DNA of 22,735 bases from Elusimicrobiota bacterium. GTDB lineage: Bacteria; CG03; SLGR01; JBDRKX01. The notes beneath the pieces are model-generated. The model made no database searches. It worked only from the letters and a program-made list of their open reading frames with translations, and had not been told where the DNA came from. The position numbers and the translations under genes were made by a program. The first letter of the stretch is position 1. The number at the start of each line of letters is the position of its first letter. The DNA lies in contig JBDRKX010000116.1 in the NCBI GenBank assembly GCA_043813605.1, positions 1-22,735 of the forward strand, written 5' to 3'. Positions 22,101 through 22,735 of the stretch are shown here, piece by piece.

Positions 22101-22735
22101 CATTCCACGGCAGAAGTCTGGGCGCTATATCGGCTACTGACAAGATAAAGATAAAAGAGAAATTTGTCGGCATGTTCCACGATTGGCCGAAGATAGTCTT
22201 CCCGGGCATAACTCAAAAAGATACGCTTAACGGGAGATTAGCTTTCCAGAGTGTTAAGAATACAATAGCCGGTGAAGAACAACTGCGCAAAGCAGTTCTT
22301 CAAAAAGGCGGCCTTCTTGAACTGGAAAGAGTTCTTGAAGATGCCATAAGCGTTTCTGACGAGAGTGTACTGACGGGACTGGGATTCACTTCTGATGCAA
22401 AACGCGAAGAAGCCGGTCTCCTTCTTAAGGAAGTAAAGACACTGCTCTCATTTGAGAAACTTGTGGCGGCTGCGCCGGAAAAATGCGCAGCTATCATAGC
22501 CGAACCTATACAGGGTGAAGGCGGCGATATGCACGCTACGTACAGGTTCTGGAGAGCATTTAGACTGCTTACAAGAAGAACTGATATAAGTGTTCCGATG
22601 ATAATGGACGAAGTACAGACCGGATTCGGTACAACGGGCACCTTCTTCGCATTCGAGAAGATGGGCCTTGTCACGGCGGATGGCAGACAGGATCATCCGG
22701 ACATGGTGACTACTGCCAAGAAAGCGCAGCTCGGA
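2..22735 (+). CDS. Giant multi-enzyme protein, partial (open at both window ends, >=7,578 aa), with fused amino-acid and peptide catabolic domains
   Basis: Manual codon-by-codon translation of frame +2 from LTVPSEIADKN... to ...TTAKKAQLG finds no TAA, TAG or TGA. All recognisable enzyme motifs fall in this one frame and are joined by coding linkers. Confidence 0.95.
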   Translation, partial: MTVPSEIADKNIYMTSEPVGVGGLITPWNFPIAIPFWNLSAALVAGNTMVFKPSSESPLMGIEVVKALEEAGLPAGVVNLVFGRGSTIGRQIVEHPGIDLLSFTGSVETGRDIKQRSGKLDTRRPPLLELGGNNFNIIMPDANMDLALKNLLFGSFYTAGQRCTHTQRAILVEGVSNDFIEKLKEGAEAMKTGNGLMLGTDVGPLINKRALENVDKAVQDLIAKGARLVTGGYRLTGGDYDKGNYYANTIFIDETPNQSLGNEEIFGPVLIIKRAKNLDKAIEIGNASGYGLSAAIHTNDHRTARIAVKRFKAGLRYINCSTSGAEIGGPFGGQPNSLTNLGMSDSEAGPFGIDYWTDISPVIEFYGKDLVLAQGVKFGAEVVETKEIFEIIEKDKIDIPKKMVSALSQNLEVLIPYFGSISKVVDRITRTDYVRNEKEIRSAFEKSEFTALLKIDDLGKQLRITELAEMRPEETRAVDKAWVQAALTRYEDTGEFEFTAYSPLLGLILNKKKLERLLSLYPRSDGITEKILAMDSRELLQRLVDEEINEFTAVSGLVEQGKTVKEAYREIHDEIHSEEILAIAEALVQFEKREFTLMEPGTTTPEKTPTTPEDWYRKELLPTMWCAGCGAEAVWKSLAVALSESGYTKDEVVVVSGIGCSARINVYLDVNTVHTAHGRALTVAAGIKVANPELKVLVVMGDGDAVGIGGNHFLHAARKGLDITAVIVNNSIYGMTGGQMSPATPYGSATATGMTQKEAFKIAETAVHSGAPYVARVTTQDKKGISEHVKASMKRDGLGVIEVLAQCPTQFGKRNAKIPFSKENTISVVEAAKMSLEQLKNKYVIGLLKDELQEKVEAGQKKNIELKEGIYLLHGNEAIVQGAIKAGVGFYGGYPITPSSEVLQRLSNQEGVDFLQTEDEIAAIGTVLGASWAGKKAMTATSGPGISLMEELIGLGVSAEVPSVLVNVMRGGPSTGLPTRPSQGDVNQAVYGSHGDAPRIVLAPATGQECFDATIAAFNLAEKYSTPVILLSDAQIAHTTTNNVRIYNPKEIINRRKPEVASSEYIPYGQRDEKGVPALADMGEGYRYHRSGLTTNEAGLPFPGSNADAIEKAQRNIIEKIEGNEKDIRWTKRYKTEDAEILIITYGSVALSAMEAVDRARAQGKKVGLLQLIAISPFPEDEVRELAGNVDRVIVPELNNGQVAQMVERVTGIDKVKRIPWLRGDVIPPAEIVKGIFGDEIRAEAESEEGRLNIGFTGVGGEGMILSGNILAQAGAMSGRNVTQTRFYDPAPRGGESSSKVIVSNSDIVCPEPDSLDILVALDDKALMKYLPQLRRGGMLLIDSAEIKKKKEKLGKEWEGVDGLLEKYGVEEDSIEVVEVPFTKITKKELKKTQVTNVLVLGVISQLTGMVSLTDMKEAVNSLVPEKFRELNIKALDIGSEVADGIIRERDRAFYSETRADAISALEDILLVTEDAELVDAFVRRTRTISALHRAGELNAETTLEFLKAIFEKNLGKEKDAYFHLRKDHVIPAIAGIGTREAFDMLADYYLDVRVAKTLREPVILETLSNLGKQLAKTEDDRIQYNTEITILIFRAAFKLASEQLMPTKAGQPIPETMVEMRHALDVFVKAARGVSMTYAWDQIKTAAADTADTLRMRMEFLKGAIELNVLPCGVCVGKGACSVVAAAMKKGEDTASSCSSHGGNVEYTMAQVEAIQEILVRLNRAFLLGTEGNEVSVVFDHIATQLEKMEFSENEISRADRKILAGIDVRLTHLGSGLKNSNFETVDTESGWPLLMRKGESLPSVTGKILFKSIVNNARALENYVERTPLVRFNDISDRTGLNVYVKDEGQQVTGAFKPRILGQFFKNMDNWFKRLWFASRYQVITTGTTGNQGKAVAWAVDVMKTRFWMLFGYMAQVISALRPGLTRRPLTARLFIAGDTPKVKEDKIREYGAEIFRQKGQYDQAETAALLESGNSGVYYMTHSGPLSVSSYGSLGLEMVRDIIDRWKSQGVISEDFNFDKYIELKLKAEKGRISLLNDAELTKMQRMLQPLSKTAVLVPVGAGGVASGVFMALKQLNPEVTVIGVASDRTAAMYESLYSDRVERVKTGRDILEDGINVQSVERFALQIFNDLADGMVIVPSSRIEEGIRAHYREAGIKSEGASVLPYLALEEYPELLENMKSRGIKDVMLLSTGSNIDNEVWQNIVNGDFGKNLEIGVVTEIKSGENRVGLTPRGVAAMVEKGIRVIVQKGAGEGCRYTDEEYIEAGATILDSAEEIWNRAGVVIKVKETLPEERKYLREGLILYNYNHLSGDKQLTLDLLNSGADVIPFETIIVDGVTKQLVPMSLVAGRRSAWYIGEELNGLSKDRRQEIRRHIWAFNEFDEYFEIPEDMRIDKKNVVVLGAGAAGMQAAEISLAMGANVIMTDINAGRRAELKGYFEGKGYNGRINVIDDPRYKLKEVLSREQIRRVLTDKDYVPELEGMTGSEIANVRKVIEAIENSQAVIDTIYIHGARAPTVMDRNLLASITSGKVISDISIDQGGGVEFVNSAGESVEKMTSHDEPTVTDYFGHIHYRIPNIPGSTPRVASKMLEDTTVLLEGKPYLEVIAKQGYIDAVREYPELARGITQGRLTDPVVAKDLSLEFNMLAGKAVALSRNIMTYFQMLIQMFMQTDPQSKLFAALSKATTNPLLLVLKGAEGAEVMADKEIDEKGYRKFVKLLEELSGIKVIVSAQKPNLVFFNKDIYAFATVGKNEKDDLELIVHEAFFEALNNHELPENYDLRSFLELLVEHELGEYDAMENKNKAYNKFIFANNWPATPDTYHAFLEENEPDKVSVLMEFMQAVEEDVEAIVSVPEDVDPDKIKEGILQQLEVVTAQDPQRNIPGTHVFIAIKENIEKTGVLPSPEDVMNIIRDVEKQLKMEFKPVHIISMFQMGLLEQVSLPDIFWDTKENRLAAMQFIMRAVQVQTIKQIKKESVEELLQKTGFGDVLKKHSVEQIIEEVNFFENLEGVIKPGIDMISDEKGGIRPEFKEIYDAIFTANGLTAEDIASVGSCAISFRIIVELAKENLVNAENLIKSGVFFKAWEKDELVGLLGVVAGFLREAVIDEEGNILMDDEWKSIFKQFADEDGNISLMKLLEKELHLAVVIGLLKADDRTFAFRVTHSVNLSALDSDKDNNERFGQVMPMLMQINQKDPAVALYLVDNLNKFLTDDVYYENLMLIFDDTSVPFFRALFNMKGKINEVFRADIADYLEGELLNTEKVFGEPGSAAMFMGRVLVSFHAAGFPLELDKEGFFEKYREEIIESPQAMLKKLYLLGEIAKHSQPLARYMMEHYFDEIENMLQETNMLIPLSIFLHQVAKDLFVIKKKYKKIFKPFLSKENKDQIDIDRIIANEAAINAFITMVNVSQMDIQLAEFFADKDVYSKIIENKEYGEKFRTIFPILADLLEYNGQPAKFTGIMKGFTDKKTGVINIDSILEEPVNMFTFKTLYEIASRNVAAAEYIVRKNILEEAKKDQQAMQLFSGMSLEIAEVLDEMARVKTEYREILDDFVDKPTYELDIDSMLKNPPKAVLFMTLVKLFNINSKEAMRLKKEKTEDLLKDQKALVTLSTLTDFYKLETPSPEILDNMLQKMNVFAAMIMYNFERLSRILPQYCQEIRQDVVMYVSQQGLPAVDTINAFMDVMFEVANKGIFDAAGVVHKDYRSLLSDYIDESTAMIHVGKIINSNMDMLKFETYLKLASVNRTLAIQFAKSGVMDRFITPEMIEVDYIKERYRKSLQDGLMNLAKASPTLFLVVLNRGYMKDIIGDLNRIENLNVISGWLAYLDGFLDKDGKVNPEYQYIFEGYTDPDGFLRLGDLLRSQAKMYSMIGLLRLMEFQSERGPGNFEMAEALVNDDFFKEYILKEENAALGFLIFAGTEKLGMILNKDWTVRKQYRGALEKYIVQDGSGKLDFAEVFIKLNDAWTAQALMDLVSFNPGLAEKVSVDGIMEKLAKSEKTAYKFKETLPNALRFLMTEDYEFRQFSENFGPYVDGKGKLDLFEIMKTRKNQAAFGIYFIWSLINNDFLSYLKSTGWYDKILTDESLAKSFDNLWGLKNRVDANGVVDAEWHGILKDYIDADGKLNVYKLTNSWKDIYYLQGLFMLAEADMELAKQVDEEGMLKNICTGMVLDDKKKQDSQYTAEIFKDKGNNFVMFTFVIKRIYEKNPAIAEMILSNRMLIENLLSNKEMLFGLFMQHKTFDKLLDEKGLIKEEFREIMAGFCSEQGNLFIAQSQPSALVFESLATAAITNKAFAKKLASNSYIPTISNDPQLSVRLQKGLQLMLETSDKKGNVDEKYAGLLKDFMRNRIHDVKKIINTGVKLKAFTVLVKMAREDVKSAEKFAVTRLFKDIMSGKDNRLTRMAAIAGKAVSVMASWDEVGSGSMKYFSTPKGTIDWDKILDSGESAALFSAMADISKKERKMKVEVLEQLYSVINWDELLKNRDSVIGFSRFVGENVIRWVSENPDMMAGLPVINEKIYEFMMVIETFDNIRYNADLVSKLFDRLEKIKRSSAERDSFQLAFTFLNMAADLKTIGREEATGMLSELLEMDTAEEYQTFIKEGLSAAARKNFREKHSEYPEIDTDWRKALVIGLTGWDIPENRRFRLNLDGIVNKVESVVDQMGADRNDDRDYFLALIYALHLRFYSPEIIARFEKGYHKKHGFDCMSWNNGFFWRTFIGGNLLALASEIGHAVGGKLDIDLKWVSNAELQDRLGGVNILRKTAHLAFENASEYVIQVNKYAEGVLEEWITGRIEEEDKEKLLEKLKKQISKERLLKIRKAVEDDADTTVETVLEMLTPSEIYNIGKEMAGEELFIDDAVMDFRREFIEAAKEKAKEDIDNAVGVMAFSTEKYHGVRDVVLKPYEAYREIHEMAERLSQDVFVKLVLALRDANVDVNVIPYVNAKATEWILTTTKQKTTEDWESVVEQAKKIDAKLINKWVAELAEENIVNIDKSIPVRTVSFETVIREAREMGVKSISNLLDTFSGFIKGDLVLGLHEVITERLPHIASILGIFKGVAEYVHEEEQKQIGSDVAYGEDLAGLYLNAIRLISRIEPNSGLILALLSAVKNSAVELLKGPGETRVYDIEELEDAAWRSQLRSLQKVSGFKVKISRQYSDYLLADRNMYLLATVDGSEMIIHESVLKTLERRGAPEGYTVQSFLRLLARHEMSESSFLNENRGSTSADFHELLAEVDPEQMVLFSFKDEIFDEMESPTEEYLWHEIEPAAEEVLDAEVDEAFEAGVHEIGRDIFDRTMQHQKGVSGKLNIAGKIMEWGMKDEYTKLQLLFFIDVLPKLTSRGIVQHMAEYFPVKDTRLPVSLRLMVGIGRIAAKVPFVGTPIVAAIVRFSVKMTAKNFFAGVTEKEVGKAITKSASKGLKHTIDVLGEAVLSKEEADEYVDTYINKLLSSEGLRGKLENVSVKLTSLYSEFNPMDFEGTKAAVKTRLKEIVEKAKEAGVFVNIDIEQYDYKDITIEIFKEMILEDEGLNMNNFGIAIQAYLEDSYEDVSDLVDFAKINNRTFTLRLVKGAYWEYENLISEYYGWESPVFGKKHETDLNYELIINLLFENKHLIKPAIATHNIRSMAVALAIADKYGATPEEFEFQILYGMGEAMKKALIDKGYTVREYTPYGKLLVGMAYLVRRILENTSNDSFLRLTFHEGQDVDSLLAAPAYQAKLIKLKGHLDRINNVLQAKKAEKAEKAAKEEKEISPLKAQYEKYVGILEERADGAVKSYSAEINSYEYIPYGKGKVIFSIRPDAIELRKAVLSALAAGNEINEILVPGIAVEGAEYLVSDLVKEGLLEEAVRVNIYSDKLALDAVSDSGLDWVFFKGKKEEEARLRAQAAVTPEDAVSAKIMITGVRPELVMEFVTAKTITENMLRRGVAPELSGSAKYRTPFRNESLVDFSEESERRQMVRALEKVKNTIKTQKQPSPLIIGGKEVKTDGIMESVNPADPSLVVGSVYRARPAEAEEAVKAAKKAFESWSRKSASERAEFLHAALRIMRKRKYELAAWMTYEVGKNWRQALGDVDEAMDFLDFYAHEAVRIEEEDKTKGITDWQRVPRGVCAVVAPWNFPLAILTGMTAGAVASGNTAIMKPASQSFVIAGKLMDIFREAGLPEGVVNYLPGMGREIGDYLVSHPDVDMITFTGSEAVGLSINEKAGKTDREIPKKVIAEMGGKDAVIVDSSADIDQAVAGVVTSAFGFSGQKCSACSRVIVHEDVYEEFLERLKGKVAALKIGDGIEPDTFVNPVIDAGAREKTLGFIERAKNAGIDVLVERGIAPLVEKGEINKEGFYVGPVVFKDVPRDAEIAQEEIFAPVLAVMKARSFDDAVDIANDTRFALTGGIYSRTPSHIERAKKEFMVGNFYINRNITGALVSQQPFGGFKRSGIGLAKAGGPDYMYQFMRWERTVAEEKDKIDYAQIKVDGFDKLSKNQKLLAYYLHQSALAGWDITFKQFHKQGLTVRNLMEEIITHSDGIDPVVLEKIRDYTHRVWAMRGIYHNVTQKKQIPDFTLEELQAAALKAKENGAFQGADNIRNIFGLLIDEEPARYKNAVLVSGGTDEYAVELLAPALKNMIDDLDRIIFDPDFDPVLTNMTESADKALSSGVNFYENLTDAEIDSYKKPKTLAGRIGAWMNWIFLFGWRTRQRPYERYSENSRLVKVNGRLTEQVARAGDPKKGIPAGILAEEYANMIRNLGKAIEYAEPKQAKALRHLVNHFRTGDPKEFERYNIAWVQDGAFVDVVIGLIESYDDPYNKKATFEASLNIGDPTMDDIVSQLRTNAEYMEKNAPWDDLYKKKEVQLPNVKFIQDILRTGSSGGISHTLGYNLPNDRSIVEKYGTKSTIIQNIMPALEEAKKGKVLAEYSADPERDSALKKKWGKLSTALMIAFHEGAGHALGRNNPSLSGISKDHLKQYYLALEEARAELAALWFIGDEEFLANGLVPDEKLTEWAFRSFMMSNGLVSLRTVPKSSDRKEGAHAIGRNLIVNYLLGFSEDSLNDLKKAGVKNLRRVQGALELKVIDGKTYVEVIDVEKAHEAVGELAAELMRVIGEGDFKAAKALVETYGVPVNTELRDEVHERYETLDIPLYIAEIQPELRPVYDASGMIIDVEIFYPENFEEQMLRNSGRLPQMAVNSEGITVPIDSIGRAIKAAGTMVPAGDLAELRNIMSSIRELIESGNAAKLDEMLPVSKDILERVYQYQSRDKESLVVDTKNSIGSYLATVDGEYLLDMASGFGSNPMGYNRPEILNAFLRYLSDAANNLAFSDFITESYVRYTEKLSGYAKCLGLTNVFFCNTGAESVENAIKAAKYHRPASEYVVSFEHAFHGRSLGAISATDKIKIKEKFVGMFHDWPKIVFPGITQKDTLNGRLAFQSVKNTIAGEEQLRKAVLQKGGLLELERVLEDAISVSDESVLTGLGFTSDAKREEAGLLLKEVKTLLSFEKLVAAAPEKCAAIIAEPIQGEGGDMHATYRFWRAFRLLTRRTDISVPMIMDEVQTGFGTTGTFFAFEKMGLVTADGRQDHPDMVTTAKKAQLG
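1841..2551 (+). other. korB: Domain of giant ORF: 2-oxoacid:ferredoxin oxidoreductase beta subunit (TPP and [4Fe-4S] binding), KorB-like
   Basis: WCAGCG, VSGIGC, HTAHGRA, GDGD...IGGNHFLHAAR, NNSIYGMTGGQMSPATP and IEVLAQCPT; all four cluster cysteines are present. Confidence 0.92.
2609..3712 (+). other. korA: Domain of giant ORF: 2-oxoacid:ferredoxin oxidoreductase alpha subunit, KorA-like
   Basis: GNEAIVQGAI, GYPITPSSE, QTEDEIAA, TATSGPG, MRGGPSTGLPT, SHGD, AFNLAEKY and VPELNNGQ. Confidence 0.92.
3752..4330 (+). other. korC: Domain of giant ORF: 2-oxoacid:ferredoxin oxidoreductase gamma subunit, KorC-like
   Basis: GFTGVGGEGMILSGNILAQA, TQTRFYDPAPRGGESSSKV, DILVAL, NVLVLG and ELNIKALDIG. Confidence 0.85.
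4331..5410 (+). other. Domain of giant ORF: unknown helical region (HEAT-like helices ~4490-4740) containing a 4-Cys putative Fe-S motif at 5018-5098
   Basis: HVIPAIAGIGTREAFDMLADY looks like a HEAT/PBS helix pair. LPCGVCVGKGACSVVAAAMKKGEDTASSC gives CxxC-x5-C-x16-C. Confidence 0.45.
5417..6631 (+). other. Domain of giant ORF: PLP fold-type II Ser/Thr dehydratase-like enzyme with insertions
   Basis: VERTPLV, VYVKDEGQQVTGAFKPR (PLP Lys at 5576), TTGNQG, TPKVKEDKIREYGAE, GSLGLE, VPVGAGG, SEGAS and STGSNID. Confidence 0.85.
6650..7942 (+). other. ald: Domain of giant ORF: alanine dehydrogenase (AlaDH/PNT family)
   Basis: EIGVVTEIKSGENRVGLTP, GAGEG, KVKE, YNHL, PMSLVAGR, VLGAGAAG, DISIDQGG, TSHDEPT and PNIPG; the catalytic Arg, Lys, His and Asp positions are retained. 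Confidence 0.9.
7982..8530 (+). repeat. HExxE (zincin-like) module, copy 1 (protein-level repeat, ~180 aa)
   Basis: Aligns by eye to 15242-15736, with the first ~75 aa gap-free. Contains SGIKVIVS, YAFATV, LIVHE, SFLELLVEHELGE (HELGE at 8381-8395) and a distal YH (His at 8477). Confidence 0.75.
9050..13400 (+). repeat. Array of ~13-14 divergent ~85-aa protein repeats (hairpin-helix-hairpin plus helices), unknown family
   Basis: Recurring D-x-x-G-x-[VI]-x-x-E-[YFW]-x-x-[IL]-x-x-x-[YF]-x-D-x-x-G-x-[LI] pattern, e.g. at 9071, 9329, 10613, 11090, 11498, 11786, 12305, 12740 and 12989. No DNA-level identity is visible. Confidence 0.75.
13400..15241 (+). other. Domain(s) of giant ORF: unrecognised, mainly helical globular region
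   Basis: Open coding sequence with motif-like segments (LTPSEIYNIG, KPYEAYREIHEMAERL, QKTTEDWESV) that I cannot assign to a family. Confidence 0.4.
15242..15736 (+). repeat. HExxE (zincin-like) module, copy 2
   Basis: SGFKVKIS, YLLATV, MIIHE, SFLRLLARHEMSE (HEMSE at 15626-15640) and a distal FH (His at 15686); paralogous to 7982-8530. Confidence 0.75.
15842..17134 (+). other. putA: Domain of giant ORF: proline dehydrogenase (PRODH) half of PutA
   Basis: KIMEWGMKD...QLLFFIDVLP, IDVLGEAV, SVKLTSL, NIDIE, IQAYL, RLVKGAYW, ATHN, FEFQILYGM and AYLVRRILENTSNDSFLR. Confidence 0.93.
17255..17779 (+). other. Domain of giant ORF: degenerate, non-catalytic ALDH-superfamily Rossmann domain inserted between PRODH and GSALDH
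   Basis: SAEINSYEYIPYG (cf. PGExNxYxYxPxG), SALAAGN, DWVFFKG and EFVTAKTITENMLRRGVAP (cf. the class A PutA C-terminal ENTxRRGFAP). It has no PWNFP, ELGG or catalytic Cys. Confidence 0.72.
17810..19357 (+). other. putA: Domain of giant ORF: glutamate-semialdehyde/P5C dehydrogenase (GSALDH) half of PutA
   Basis: PFRNE, EVGKNW, EAMDFLDFYA, APWNFPLAI, FTGS, AEMGGK, SAFGFSGQKCSACSR, EEIFAP, NRNITGALVSQQPFGGFKRSG and KAGGPDY. Confidence 0.93.
19370..21505 (+). other. Domain of giant ORF: peptidase family M49 (dipeptidyl-peptidase III)
   Basis: GFDKLSKNQKLLAYYL, IESYDDP, GYNLPND, YGTKS, the zinc motif HEGAGH (HExxGH, 20795-20812), EEARAE (20885-20902), AHAIGR and the terminal YPENFEEQML. Confidence 0.9.
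21695..22735 (+). other. Domain of giant ORF: class III PLP aminotransferase, L-lysine 6-aminotransferase/GABA-T-like (C-terminal part outside window)
   Basis: LVVDTKNSIGSYL, LDMASGFGSNPMGYN, GAESVENAIKAA, AFHGRS, AEPIQGEGGD, DEVQTGFG and the PLP-lysine motif AKKAQ (22715-22729). Confidence 0.88.

Noticed and set aside
772..22696. The many short minus-strand ORFs and four short plus-strand ORFs in the supplied track
   Set aside because: All overlap the continuous frame +2 ORF. The minus-strand ones have the Ser/Phe/Ile-rich composition of antisense shadows, and none shows a recognisable motif.
2..22735. An ordinary operon of separate genes, or an alternative genetic code / stop-codon readthrough
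   Set aside because: There are no in-frame stops of any kind to reassign, Trp is encoded by TGG, there are no intergenic gaps, and all domains share one frame.
1..22735. Promoters, terminators, tRNA/rRNA, CRISPR arrays, transposases, inteins
   Set aside because: The window is entirely coding, and I saw no such signatures, including no Hint-type splice motifs at the domain junctions.

Overview
The whole window is the interior of one giant + strand open reading frame. I translated frame +2 (nt 2..22735, 7,578 codons) by hand and found no stop codon. Its start and stop both lie outside the window, which is probably why the supplied ORF track missed it and lists only short shadow ORFs. In order, the polypeptide carries: an ALDH7/Pcd-like aldehyde dehydrogenase; a 2-oxoacid:ferredoxin oxidoreductase fused as beta-alpha-gamma; a helical region with a 4-Cys putative Fe-S motif; a PLP Ser/Thr dehydratase; alanine dehydrogenase; an HExxE module; about 2,200 aa of unknown sequence including a ~85-aa helical repeat array; a second HExxE module; a rearranged PutA (PRODH, an inserted degenerate ALDH domain, GSALDH); an M49 dipeptidyl-peptidase III; and a lysine-6-aminotransferase-like class III aminotransferase. 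Nearly all recognisable domains belong to peptide and amino-acid catabolism, so this looks like a single-chain catabolic 'metabolon' within a giant protein. The style recalls the giant multi-enzyme genes of Omnitrophota, but that taxonomy is inference only. I saw no intergenic DNA, RNA genes, mobile elements or CRISPR arrays.
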